A DNA stretch of 63,869 nt, filler included, from Choristocarpus tenellus KU-1152 (taxonomy: Eukaryota > Protista > Phaeophyceae): assembly GCA_964200185.2 (NCBI GenBank). It is 10 parts of 10 records of this genome, joined end to end, with 100 filler letters (N's around TTAATTAATTAA, not from the genome) between each part and the next. Parts side by side here need not be neighbours in the genome. Positions count along the whole stretch, not along the records: positions 27,119 to 36,229 come from CAXNAD020003973.1; positions 36,330 to 40,041 come from CAXNAD020018365.1; positions 40,142 to 43,856 come from CAXNAD020018340.1; positions 43,957 to 49,610 come from CAXNAD020010124.1; 6 more parts are not named here. One strand, 5' to 3'. The notes under the pieces were generated by a model. It ran no database searches and was not told where the DNA came from. It saw nothing but the letters and a program-made list of their open reading frames with translations. Shown here piece after piece: positions 36,162 through 49,540 of this stretch. Within the stretch, counting starts at the first letter, position 1. Every line of letters starts with the position of its first letter. The translations under genes were made by a program, and so were the position numbers.

Positions 36162-39100
36162 GTAAATTGCCATTCCATGTCATTGGGGGGGGGGGGGGGG
36201 GGGGGGGGCCCACCGGGGAGGTGGGGGAANNNNNNNNNNNNNNNNNNNNNNNNNNNNNNNNNNNNNNNNNNNNTTAATTAATTAANNNNNNNNNNNNNNN
36301 NNNNNNNNNNNNNNNNNNNNNNNNNNNNNGTTGCGGTTGGTAACCAGTGTACGTATGTGAATCCAACAAGAAATTGCAACAAGCTGTTCCCCCCCCCCAA
36401 CTAATCACTGTAATGCTATCCCTGTACATATTTCAATATCTCAGAATATCCATGCTGCCACACTCAATGGCAGGGCAGTGACTATAGTCCACAAAGTGCC
36501 CAACACAAAGAAGGAACGGCTCAAGTCCACAATACTTGAAGCTTTTGAGGAACGAGATGCTCACATTTTGCAGGGGATTATTTTGCTCATAAAGAGAAAA
36601 GCCCAATGAGCGCTTCGCAGTAGAGCACGCATGCTGTTCACCTAGCTTCCGAAAGTAGTAGCTGTTGAGATTCCCTGTTGTGGTACTGAATAGGGTCTCC
36701 GCATCATATGTCCCTGTATAGTGTTCCTTTACCAAAACCCTACCAGAGTCGACTGGAGTAAACCAGTTTGAAAGAAGTAGCATTTAGAATATCAAGAAGT
36801 TAGGTCTACCCAAGTCTGCACCCTCCGGTCGGTAAAAGATGAAGGTGCGTAGTAATAGGTGACTTTGGTTAGTATGCTGCATAGAACTCTAGTAGTAGTG
36901 TGCCCCTTGGTAATATTAGCTGACGTGCTTGGGCATAGATTTTATTTATTGTTGTTCGATACCCCTTGTAGTGCAGGGGGAAAGTCCATTTGCGGTGGCA
37001 TATGGAGTGTAGGGAGTGTGCTATTGCACCATCCGCATAGTTTGAATGGCCTTACTGGATGAGAGGGCCAACCACCCCGAACTTATCATTGGGAAGGCAG
37101 ACTCAGCTCCAGCACACACCACATCTTTGATTCTTGATACTTTTTTTTAGTCCTTTTCGTTTGCAAGCAGAGTGTTTTCACTATTCCAACAGTTTCTGTA
37201 GACCAACAACACTATGAGCGTTTCCAGTAGCTCGTGGTTTTTGGAGAGTTGTACCCTTGTGCAGGCTTATCGCACAATGCAATGATGGAAAGTACTGTTG
37301 TTTGGTTCGCATACAAATTTCCTATTATTGGACAGGATAAGACCTGGTCAAAAGATACATAGGGGGAGGGGCAATAACTCCTCTACTTTTGATAAACACA
37401 TTGTGTGCTCCTTTAAAGCAGAAGTAGGGATTTGCACTCTATTCGTTGGGACATGTTCTGTGGAGGTGGGAACTATAGTGATACTACTATACCTTGTGCT
37501 TGACTAAAATAATACTTCAAAATATTGTACTAATTGGGTAGACTACTACTACACAACAATATTCTTAACAAATATGGCGCATACTCTGCCTCATGTTGTT
37601 ATGTAATTTCAACAGTTGCATTTCCCCTCCCCCGTATTTGCGAATTAAACCTTGTGTTTCTTCAAAGAAAAAAAAGCGACCAATCTCTGTCAACATTATA
37701 CACAACAGGGAGTCCAAGCAGGAAAAATGTACAAATCTTGATTTCTGGGCAAAACCAGGACTTTCATATGTGTGATCATTAGTTCACCAACACATGTTAT
37801 TTACTGCACTTACCTATAATGTCACACAGCAAAAGAGTACAAAGGAGGGTAACGTTTATATTGCGTAACCAGGCAAGGAGGCAAAAGCAGCCACCAAATG
37901 TTTCGTTAGTAGTTGCTCATTTCTACTGGTCAATACTCCCTTCTTAGGCACACAAGGACAATGTAATCCACAGACAAACACGTTTATGGCTTGGGTACCA
38001 CACTGGGGCTAATGTCTGCAAAGGCAGCGTAGTATTTTGAATGACAGTGTGTTGTCATACCTCTGAACAAAAACGCTCCAGGACAGACCCTTCTTTGTGG
38101 TACAGAACAAGTGAGAAAAGTATATTGACCAATCAAGCACTCATCCCGCTAAAAAAAATATTTCCACAAATGGACTCGCAGCCTGTCCCCCACCCCACAA
38201 AAAACTCAAATTCAGAAGGATCGATCACCACCATGTATGTGAACAGGGATGCTATCCATACAATTTGTACTATCAGGTACAGGGGTCAGCCAGCAACGCA
38301 TCACAAAATTTTGAAAAATAACTGGTGGTGATACATACTTTCGAAAGTTATTTTGTGCCTTTTTTGTGGACTTCATGCTGTATATATTACTATTGTCGCT
38401 GGATCTTCAGTGGCAAGGCCACAAGAGTTATAAGAGCCAAGGATCGTAATTAGTTTAGGTTTCATGTATACATTATTTTAGATGAGACTGTATGAGTAGG
38501 ATCGATCGCACCACCACTCCATTGTACTTACACTTGTAAGTACAAAAAAATCGACTGTTTTGTGGCAACCTGTTTAAGGCTAAGGAAAATTTACATAGTA
38601 GCACAGTGGCACAATGATGTATTGGATGGTGATATCAACTAAGCAGTGATGTCATCACAGCAACAACACAATGATAGCCGTAGATATCAGTTGGTTTGGC
38701 CTCCTAGTGTGCACGCACTGCACCACCTCAGTAAGATGACAATAGAACGTGTGTCATGCACGCACGTGTGTGTGTGTGCTATTGTGTCCTCTTTGCAGAC
38801 TCCAATTGTTCTTCTTGCTCCTAGGCTGTATATAGTTCTATCTGTTATTGCAGTGGTGGATGTACACCATGTCCTACGTAGTATAGTACATATCATCATC
38901 CCCAAAGTGCGGAGTGTTGATACAGGCATCTGTTGTTGTATTAGTGACGTGCGTAGTGTACGAGATCTCGTTGAGCAAGCCTTTTAAAAAAAGGGATTGG
39001 AGCTGTGTGTCAGGTATCTGCTACAGGTAATAGTTCCATATGGCTGTTTATGACGAGGAGCCATTACGAACTAGGTGATCAGGTCGCTTATGTGTGTTGC

Positions 39101-41524
39101 CTTACAGGGTTACGGTAATAGATATTTCATTCAGCCCCAGCAATAAACAAACCAGTGATCGAGTGCAAATAAATATAGTCTTCGGGCATCCTTTCCGCCT
39201 GCATCCTTGAGCATTGAACATCACCCTAAGTAGGTGAGTTAGCCTCGCGCTGGAACATACGGAGGTCCTAAACTCTCGTGCGATGAGCGTGAACATGGGA
39301 AGGAACATGTCATAGCGTTTGGTCTACGAATAATGGTTGGGGGTCTCTATTGAGGAAAAACCATGGTGTCTTGTTGGTCGATTGAACACCCCCACCCTCG
39401 CAACTAGGGCAGCAGATTCGCGCATAACACTGACTGCTATGCCGCGATCTGTCCCTTCAAGAGTGGCAACCTCAGTCCCATACTCGGCAAGTAGGATCCT
39501 TGCTTGACACAGGCCAAGGACTGAGAGTGTGGTGGCAGATTGGCTCAGGCATGAATTGTCTGGTGGGCTATCATAAACCTTCTGCCTTGCGTACTATAGG
39601 TGTTGATCGTGATAACTAGTTTCCTGATGACTCATATCAAGGAGGTGGAACAGATGCAAATAAATAATATGTTTCTAAGTGAAACGTAACTTGTGAGTAC
39701 TTATTTGTTGTGCAGACAACTTAGATTATTGAATATAATCCTATTGTAAAAATAAGATGTAACTTTTGTCAGTGCTTTCAAGTCAGGTTCGTCCTGAAAA
39801 CACCCTTGTATTTTTATTATTATGCCCTCTGACATTTTGCAGATGTGTCAAGGGGGAAACCAATCTAAACTATATATGTATACATGTCGTTATTAGCCCG
39901 AAAGAAATAAAATATCCTAAACATAAGAACACTATAAAACATTGTAAGTGTGGAAACCACTAATCAGTTACTTCACTACTATCAAATATTGTACTGCTGT
40001 CTTCCTTTTTTTCCCATCTACCTACTCCTGTGCCCCGGGGGNNNNNNNNNNNNNNNNNNNNNNNNNNNNNNNNNNNNNNNNNNNNTTAATTAATTAANNN
40101 NNNNNNNNNNNNNNNNNNNNNNNNNNNNNNNNNNNNNNNNNTGCCGAGCAATTTTCGTTGGAACAGTGCAAGCGGATAGATGCAGGGAGCAGTGTGGGGG
40201 GGGGGGGGGAGATTATCAACAGAACCACAATGTGACACTAACATTCTGCTAAAGCTAAAACCTAAAAAAAAAACTTACATTATTAGAGGGGGGTGGCTAG
40301 AATTCTCACTAAAATAGGGAAACAGAAATAATCTCATTAATAATAAAAATATGTATTAGAATAATAATAATAATAATAATAATACCAATGACTCTGATTG
40401 ATGGGGCTGAGAATGATGTTTCCTGGAAAAAAACAACTAGAGTTCTCCACTGATGCTGGTTCTGATCTACCAATTACAAAACACACACGATACAAATATT
40501 TAGGGTTATGGCTACACGCATCACACGCCGGCTCACATGCCTCCAAAACATCCTGCAAATACACGTAAGCATGAAGCACAAACTCGCCTCCTCGTCAAAG
40601 CAAACCCTCTCCAAGGGATTCAATTTCCCCAGACTACATTAGTCGTACGCTATGAATTGACCAATCATCCGGGAGGAGGTCCACCAACTACATTACAAAT
40701 TATTATTAATATTATTATAAGTAATTGTTTTCGATAGCATCACTCGTGTGTCTACAAAACATAAACAACAAACAAAAAATAAACGCCTTCCTCAACCCCT
40801 CAGATGTGAAAAACTGCCGTGGTAGCTTCAAAACCCCTGCTCCCCATTTTTGAAATAAAAAAAATGAGCATCTTTCCATGGATAAAAAATAAAAATAAGA
40901 ACAAAAAGTACACAAATCGCCCCTTTTCCTTTCACCAGGTGCTGGAGTAGAATTTCCAAACCTACATGATCACACTGCCCGCGGGCCGAAGTGAAAGTAT
41001 ATATATCTTACATATCCTACTTATCTCTCTCTCCCTCTCTCTCTCCCCTCCCCTCCACCTCCCTCCATAAAAAAAAGTGGAATTGAACAAAAACAATGCA
41101 ACATTTTTTTCCTTACAAAAATAGTGCACACTGTAGATTTAAAAAAATAAACATTACATGAACACAAAGCACAAATCGGAAATTTTTTGTTCTTTTTCAA
41201 TTTCTAACTCCATACCATGCATTGATACATCTCTACACATAAAAAAACAATTAAAAAAATCCTACTCTTCATTTTTTTTCCACAGATGTGCATGTACACA
41301 CACTCACACACACACACTTGTCAGTATTCTTGTCTTGTCAGTATCCTTTTCAACTACCAGCACACCGCATGACACTTCCTTCCCACTCACAACACGTAAC
41401 CCTAACCCTAACCCTAACCCTAACCCACAACATGTTCCCAACAATCACTACCTCACACACAACCAACAACCTACAATAACGCAACAGCATTCTACATCAA
41501 TCAATCAATAATAATCAATGTACG

Positions 41525-41563
<39 letters not shown>

Positions 41564-41601
41564 CAATCAATCAAGAACGCCCTACCACCCCCATCAGTCA
41601 C

Positions 41602-41652
41602 CTTGGCAAGTTGAGGGTCCAACGGCAGCTCACTCATCTTGTTACCCAGATC
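41602..41652 (-). CDS. Exon of a DEAH-box RNA helicase (Prp43/Prp22-like, HA2 region)
   Basis: AG|DLGNKMSELPLDPQLAK|GT matches the LG..MaEfPLDPqLaK motif. A possible downstream CSNE-containing segment near 40150-40190 lacks a clear acceptor. Confidence 0.62.
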
Positions 41653-41706
41653 CTAAGACCCGAAAGACAGAGACATAACATAGACACACACAGACCCACC
41701 ATGAGG

Positions 41707-41837
41707 AAGGTCATCACAGTAAGGTTTAAGGTCATCACAGTAAGGGTTAACGTCATCACAGTAAGGGTTAAGGTCATCACAGTAAGGTTTAAGGTCATCA
41801 CAGTAAGGGTTAAGGTCATCACAGTAAGGGTTAAGGT
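41707..41837. repeat. 21-bp minisatellite (AAGGTCATCACAGTAAGGGTT) x6
   Basis: Direct reading. Confidence 0.93.
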
Positions 41838-43274
41838 CCAAAAACCACCGCAGCAACAGTTTTTTTTTTCTTACAGATATTGATGATTTAAATAAACCAG
41901 TACGTACTACCTCTACATGGGGTGTGATCGCCTAGAGCTTGTTGTGTGTTGCTCTTCTTTCCACACAGAAAGAGTCATGCAGTAAGAATGAGAGTAACAA
42001 TGAGTGTAAGAACAAGTGTAAGAATAAGGGTAACAGCTTTAACGAGGTGTGAAGGCAGTAGCTATTCTTGACATTATCAAGGTAGAGGTTATCAAAATAC
42101 TAAACTTATCAAGCCGGGTAGATACAACAACACAACCTGGAGTTAGAGGGGGTTAGGATTAACATATATCTATCTATAGAGAGAAGGGTTATGGCTAACA
42201 TGTATCTACAGCTAGAGAGAGGGTTAGGTCTAACATCTATCTACAGTTAGAGAGACGGTTATGGCTAGAATACACCTATAGTTAGAGACATGGCTAGGTA
42301 TATACATAGACCTATTAAAAAAATCAAGGTGTTACATCTAAATCAATTATTCTTCTTATTGCCCTTCGCCTCTTTCCTCACTAACTATACATACTCCTTG
42401 GTCCTATCATAGTACTCTCAACAAAAAAACTTAGGAGCATCAATCTAGCTCTAATCAAAAAACTATCTATACATATGTGCATCTATCTATCTATCTATCT
42501 ACCTATCTATCTGTTTAATCTATCTGTCTATATATATTTTTTATTCACTGTCGTTGACGAGTATGAAAAGGCGTTTTTCACAACAAACAAAAAAAATAAA
42601 AGTATGTGGTGAAAAGCCACCGAATGAAAAGCATAATAACAAAAATAAAATAATAACTCTACTCAATAATAAATCCACTCTTGTGGTGAAAACTACAGGA
42701 TTAGACGAGAGTGGAACCATGCCACGGTGCATGCGTACGTGTGTGAGCGGGGGAGGGGGCACTTCTTCTTGTTTGTGTGAGTTGAGTAGACTCCAAGCGC
42801 AGGTCTGCTGTTGCTTCCCAGACACGCTGTACCCGTTTCACCGTACTCCACTGCCTTCGCTTGTTTAATGTATTTGATCTCTCGCCCAATTCTACGATTT
42901 TATTTTTTTTGTTTGTGAATTTATTATTATTTTTTCTTATCGAGCCAGGCCCCCCCCGCCCCCCCCTTCCATCTTCTCCTCAATAATCCTGCAAGTGTAT
43001 TTTTTTAAAATTATTATTATTTTTTTTAATTTCATGCCAGTTATTGGAGATTCAGTGTGGCAGAGCTCTCCGTGAGCTACGCTTCAATGGAGCCCAGTCC
43101 ATTCCTCTGCGATGTATTGCGTCAGTTAGGGTAGCTAACCCTTAGCCCTTAATCCTAACCCTAATCCTAACCCTAACCCTAACCCTAACCCTTAACCCTT
43201 AACCCTTAACCCTAAGTGCAGTCAAGCGCTGATGTGGAAAACGTACGGAACGCATCGCTTTTTTGGAATATCGT

Positions 43275-43275
<1 letters not shown>

Positions 43276-43308
<33 letters not shown>

Positions 43309-43320
43309 CAGACACAGACA

Positions 43321-43362
<42 letters not shown>
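43276..43362. repeat. (CA)n plus (CAGACAC)n simple repeats
   Basis: Direct reading. Confidence 0.9.
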
Positions 43363-43371
43363 TAGACAAGA

Positions 43372-43678
43372 GAGTCGAAGTATCTTAGAGGGTAGAGCTG
43401 TGTGTCCATTTGAGGGCGATTTCGATAAATCCAATGGTGCGATTTTGATGGTAATTTTGGGCTTTCGTGTTCGTTAGGATGGTGTCAACATCCTCTTGTT
43501 TTTGGACATGCACGAGATACCTAACTCCAAAAACGTGTACCATTTTACCTTTCTCCGAAACTTTCGGAATGAGGAAAAAAAAAAAATTATGAAAAAAAAA
43601 ACTGTGGGAAGCCAAGCCCCAAGAAACGGACACAAGCAGGGCAAAACTCGTGGTACCCTCTGAGATACTTTCACCGAA
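43372..43678. mobile_element. MITE family A, full copy
   Basis: GAGTCGAAGTATCTTAGAGGGTA ... TACCCTCTGAGATACTTTCACC. Confidence 0.82.
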
Positions 43679-43956
43679 GAGGAGTTTGTTCGACCGAAAA
43701 TGGGGATGCAGCGCCTCAATGCGTCAAACCTCTCTGGCTTCCCCAACAAATACACGCTTACAATATGCACGCTCGTTTGCGTGGGAGGGGGGTGGGGTGG
43801 CAGTGCTTTTTAATTTTTTTTTCCTCTAGACGAGACACGTACGTTCCTATCACAATNNNNNNNNNNNNNNNNNNNNNNNNNNNNNNNNNNNNNNNNNNNN
43901 TTAATTAATTAANNNNNNNNNNNNNNNNNNNNNNNNNNNNNNNNNNNNNNNNNNNN

Positions 43957-45200
43957 GTGTCCCAGTTTCCTGTTCCTCCGGATCCTGCATCCCATAAATT
44001 TGGTTACCTCACCCAAATTCACCACTGGGAACTTCTTATTAAGTCCCTCTATGATACGCACAGTATAACCAGCCCCTGATTCTCCTCAGCCATCAGTATG
44101 TCATCCACATGAACAATCATGATCATCACAGTCTCACCATCCACAATCATTCTGAACAAACATGGATCTGCCTCAGATTATTCCAAGCCCAGCTCCAGCA
44201 AAGCTTCCACCATATTGGCCCTTTCGGTGCTACCACTTCTCCTAAAGTGGTTCCTTAAAGCTTGGGAAGCTTCGGAAGGATTGTCATGGTTGCTCACCAC
44301 TTGTTCCACGAACACATCCCAAGCCATCACCAGAGCAGTCATCGCCACACTCGCCTTTTCGATTTCTCGTTCGGACCATCTTGAATCGTCGAAGGAATCG
44401 CTGCTGACTCTGATGTGATCATCAGATAACAGCGTATCTTTCCAGCCGCCCATGGCAGCACAAGAAAGGAATTTTCGCTCAAACATGGCAAATCCATCAC
44501 CATCACCATCACCATCGCCACTGTAGACCTTAAACGTTGATGGCAATGGAACCAGTCTTCTTAATCTCCGTCCAGTTGATACCCCCTGTTGTGCGGTTCT
44601 GCTAACCACCCCTCCGTCTTCATCATCCTCAGACTCGACCACCTCTCCACCTTCTTCAATGGTGTTGCAGGTGTCGTGTCTCCATACTCCGCTCTTCTCA
44701 AAATACGTCTTCTGTAACCGACGGCCTCCTCCATCGGGACTCCGCCTCAAATCGATTTAATGCTAGCCTTGAGAACTTAGCACAATTCAATAAGTAATGC
44801 TAGCTAGCATGTTGAAGAAACTGGTGTTTCCAAGAGTGTTGAGTATGCAAATGACTCGATCAATTCCTTATTATGCAGAACAGGTTATACATGAAATAAG
44901 GAAGGTGTTAGGAAGGAGAGTGAACTTCAAAGCTCAAAGGGGGTCATCACCTTAGATTCATATTCCAATAACACGTCACTCATTCTCTGTGTCACTTGCT
45001 ACAGCCTTCATGCGTCACTCACTTAACACGTAACTCATCCTCTGTGTTGTACTATAATAGCCCAGATAATTTTCTCATGATTACTCAACAGATAGCTTTC
45101 CAATCAATTATCCCGTTATCGAATCATAACAGTTTAACAACTCAATGTTTCTCCTATAGAAAATGTTTTACAAATGAATAAAAAGCATATTCTTGAGACA
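43957..45200 (-). mobile_element. Ty1/Copia family 1, second copy (5' LTR, gag joined to mid-RT; truncated by contig end)
   Basis: LTR 45200-44810 is homologous to 21024-21414. Gag ORF 44750-44178 is homologous to 21490. After one stop the frame continues SEADPCLFRMIVDGETVMIMIVHVDDILMA (Copia RT). Inserted into a Gypsy gag. Confidence 0.92.
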
Positions 45201-47177
45201 CCTGGGGACGAGGGACATAATGGCCCGGTGTTGACTGTCTATCATCACGAACATGGCCCCCACGACCCCTTCCTCTATAATGCTGTAGGTGCGGTCAACA
45301 AGTACCCCTTGGATTGTCCAGGCACGACTGGGTTGTATGACCCTCACAAGTCGCCGCCTGACAATCCGGGTACTGGCACACACTACTTTGGTGTTGATCC
45401 ATGGTGTACTGGAGTGTTGATGGTGTCTCTGCGTAGTGTGAGGTGTCCGGGGGTCGTGATGCTCTGTCAGTTGCACAGGCTGTGGAAGGTGGACTTGTCA
45501 ACGAACGAGCTAAGGACCTGTTGAGGGTTGCCTCACCTGTTCGGTGATGTTCAACCTCGGTACGGAGCCGTTGACATTCTCGTTGTAATTGGACAAAATC
45601 TCAACGGACCTGTCCACAACGAGGGCTATGGGTCACAGCACTAGTGTAAGTTGTTGGGGTGGAATTACTACCAGACAGATTGTTAGCTTCATGCCGCTTG
45701 GCACGGTCATGAGCTTGGGCAAACGCGGTGGCAGGTTCATCCCAAATCTGCTCAAGATGAAGCATAGGGAGTAAGCCGTCTTCCATCAGGGTTATTTTCA
45801 GTTGCTCGACAAGTGAAGTTGTTGTGTCGACCGAATCCGAGGACGATTTTGTGCGATGAACATCATCTAAAAAACGATTCATTGCTGGTGTGCAACGTAA
45901 AGTATATTGTGTCGACCAACCCATTCTCCTCCTGTTTCAAGGATGTTAGTCTACGGGCTGATACACTTACGGTATGGGCGGGGGTAAATGTGGTAATCAA
46001 AGCTTTCTGGACATCATCCCACATATTTGGAGGTGTAATGGGGACAGGGGTGTTAAGAGTCGATTGCAATCGAGCCAAATCACTTGTTGAATGCCACTTT
46101 ATCGTACCCGCCAACGCCTGAAAATACGATGTCTCAGCAGGTCCTTGAAGAATTTTTGGTAAACATTCTACACACCAAGCATCAACTGTTTCAGGGGACG
46201 CCGGACCATACTGACTAGAATGCAAGGATATTGCCACATGCCATTTAGAGAACAAGAGCGGCAAATCTTCTGCTCCAGAACCTGTAATTATCAGACCAGA
46301 TGGTATTTCCGAAGCAGAAAACCTGAAATGACTCCCTTCTGACAGTGGTTGTGGGTGTGCGACATCGCTACTCTGTTCAACGGATCTTACGTGATCGATG
46401 CCCGCTCCCTGAACTTGGAGCTTTAGCAGGTCCTGAAGCCATTCAGGAGCCACGGTGTTCGTTCTGGCGCACTCGTTGACGTGGTGTGCGATGAATGCTG
46501 GTACAGCATCACCGAACTTGGCCTGCGAAATGGCCACCTCACAAGTAGTAGAACTTGGAGGTGGGACTGGTTCTTCCTGAAAGAGTACCCGACGAGTGTC
46601 ACGGTCGCCCGAGCTAGCACGATGCTCAAGGGTCAACGACACGGGTCTGGCATGAGCCTGATGATCTGTAAGAGGGCAAGGGGGAGGAACCTCCTTAATG
46701 TTCAGGAAGTGTTATGTTACTGGACGAAGTAGAGTTGACACAAGTAGAGTTGACACTTGACGAGTCAGAGTCGATATTGGTTGAAGACTCCATGTCTTCT
46801 GTAGACTCGTAACCTTGGACCTTCTCTTCTGATGTTCTGGCTAGTTCCAGATATGAAGTTATGCGCTCCTGTGCACGACGTTTTTTCCTCGATCTTGAGT
46901 TCAGTATCTTTCTTCCGTCGTCAAACAGAAATTCCCCATCACCCTATTTCTGAGGTCACTCCTGTCGCCGACGTGAATTGTGTGATTCTGTGGCAGCGTG
47001 GTTCACTCAGGCAAGGGTGGTGAAGAGAATCACTGGGCAAGTTGGGGACCAGACGAACAAGGACGAACTGTAACCGAGAGTACGATGCTTGACTGGGAAC
47101 CTCAATCGGTACAACAGGATGGCGGTATATGGCATACAGCAATAACGGTATAACAACAGACAAGCATGCTTTCCACA
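45201..47177 (-). mobile_element. Degenerate Ty3/Gypsy 5' leader and gag
   Basis: Frameshifted gag-like ORFs 46642-45863 and 45924-45601 (W..VQKALITTF..RRLTSLKQ) and a Cys/His knuckle-like CQYPDC..CEGHTTQSC. Interrupted at 45200 by the Copia LTR. Confidence 0.7.
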
Positions 47178-47465
47178 ATAGTGATAAGGATAATATTATA
47201 TGTAAATAGTTAATGGGACATTTTTGACGGGAAATATCTAGATTGAAAATAATAATATATGTTTACAAGTTAGTGATAATGAGGGATTTGTTGGATTCTT
47301 GGGATGAATCCCTAGATCCCCCTCCCGGGGCACAGGAGTACGTAGATGGGAAGCATAGTAAGGCAGTAGTACAATATTGATAGTGCTGAAGTAACAGATC
47401 AGTTTTTTTAACAGTATTTTATCGTGTTTTTCACATTTATGATATCGTATTTCTTTAGGGCTTAA

Positions 47466-49540
47466 TATGGAAAAGCATGTTTGTCTGTTGTTATACCGTT
47501 ATATCTCGTTGTACCGTTGTACCGATTGAGGTTCCCAGTAAAGCATCCATGATTCAACTGGCGAACATTGCGAACCTTACGTCCGAATGAACCCTGGAAT
47601 CTCTTCATGTGACCAATCCCACAGACATGGGACAGCTCGTCATTCAGAGTTGTCACACATGGAAGATCCACTTTGTTCTCAGATCTTGACTTGTGGTGAT
47701 GAATCCTCATCTTTGATGATGCTCATCACTCCTCAATTTGCACGTATTTGAAGCTTTAGTGATTCCCCGACTTGGTCCTGATAAAATTCTGCTTGATAAT
47801 AGTGTTTTGCAGGCCTTCGGTGCAATCCTTGTTTGGCAAGAACAACGTTTCTCATCCCACAACAGTTTGTGTACCATTTCAGCGAGACATTACATGACAA
47901 GGAGCCCCACTCAAGTACGTGATACAAGTACCACTCCTTCGTGCTATGTGGTGAGTGTGCAACAAGATTTTGACCCTGTACCCGTTCGTGTACATGAACA
48001 GTATATAACATACCACCCGGTCATGAAATCATTGTACGTTCGTTGGATACTACCGTTGTGGTGAAGCCAGTCATACACTCTATGCCTGCTGTAGATCAAA
48101 CTACTGAACCTACACACCCATGGAACCGTATCGTGGCGGCTCACACTCTCAGTACTTGGTCAGCAAGTAGTAGATCAGTATTGGTTCATATGGCAAATCC
48201 AACAACACGCAAGGTCCGTATAAAAAAGCATCTTGTGATAGGTCACTTAACCCCAATTTCTGATCAGATACCAATCACTGTTGGTGCTCTGAATACTGAT
48301 TCTGCTCCATTCAGTAAAGCTAGAGAGGAGTTACATCATGCCTTCGATAAGACAAACGCATTCAAAGATGCCACGTTTAATCAGTCACAAGTTTCTCAAC
48401 TTTAGACCTCTGTGCTCGTTATAGATCGGTATTTTCGTTAAATGCAGCAGAACTAGGTAGATGAACTCTAGCTGAAGCAGAAATTCCTATAGAGCCTGGT
48501 ACCAAACCTGTTGACAGGAACCCTTACGGAGCAAACCCCCGTACTAAAAGAGTAATTGACTCGTGTGTTAGTACTATGGAAGAGCAAGGCATCATTGAAA
48601 AAATTGCCAGCCCTTGGGGTTGTCCTGTTATCATTGTGGCCAAACCTGATGGCTCCCCACGATTCTGTATAGACTATACGTCAACTATTAACAAATAATT
48701 TGTTCGACAGACTTGGTCTATGCCTGATATGGAGTCTCATATTGATACTGTTCGGGGTGCCAAATTTATCACCGTGTGTGATATGCAGAGTGCATATTGG
48801 CAAATTCCTGTTGCTGAAGATGGCATTGATAAAACTGCTTTTGTCACGTCCAGAGGCAACTATATTTTTTAAAGGATGCCCTTTGGGATATCAAATGCTC
48901 GTTGGCAATTTCAAAGAATCATATCCTTAGCCCTTGGAAATTTTGGTCCACTGAGTGGGTTGCTAGTTTACATGGATGATCTGATTGCTGCTTGTTCTCT
49001 CACATGGGAAGGACATATACACTTACTAGAACAACAATTCAAAGCCTTACAACCAGCAGGTTTAACCTTGAAACCGTCAAAGATCCAATTTGGACCTAAG
49101 GAAATATGCTATCTGGGTTACATTTTATCGTATGAAGAAATTCGTATCGGTGAAGATCGGGTTTGTGTAATCACTGAATTACCCAAACCCACCACCATCA
49201 AGCAACTTCGATCTGTCCTAGGTATGGATAGAGTCTTGTGTGTAAATTCATACCCAACTTAGCCACAGTAATCGAACTGTTAGTTCATCTCACAAAAAGG
49301 TGTCAAAGAGAGAGTGGATAAAGAATGGGGATTGGATCAGGACGTGGCATTTTTTTTAAGTGAAACAATTACTCACTGCAGTCCCAGTTCTCGTATTCCC
49401 TGACTTTACCGAAGAATTCATCGTCCATGTTGATGCCAGTGAGAGTGGTGCTGGAGGTGTTTTAGCACAACCTCAATTCGATAATCCTGGAGATCTAGAG
49501 GTATCATTGTATACTTCAGCAAGAAATTTATGTTCGTAGA
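47466..49540 (+). mobile_element. Degenerate Ty3/Gypsy pol (protease C-terminus, RT, RNase H)
   Basis: SPWGCPVIIVAKPDGSPRFCIDY, MPFGISNA, YMDD at 48969-48980, PKPTTIKQLRSVLG, FIVHVDASESGAGGVLAQ; many frameshifts and stops. Confidence 0.93.

Noticed and set aside
36433-36783. 116-aa minus-strand ORF / weak Copia integrase-like PYSVPQQG
   Set aside because: No DDE context; contig 36330-40041 could not be annotated with confidence.
39622-39655. Possible hammerhead ribozyme (CTGATGA..)
   Set aside because: No GAAA after stem II and no convincing stems I or III.
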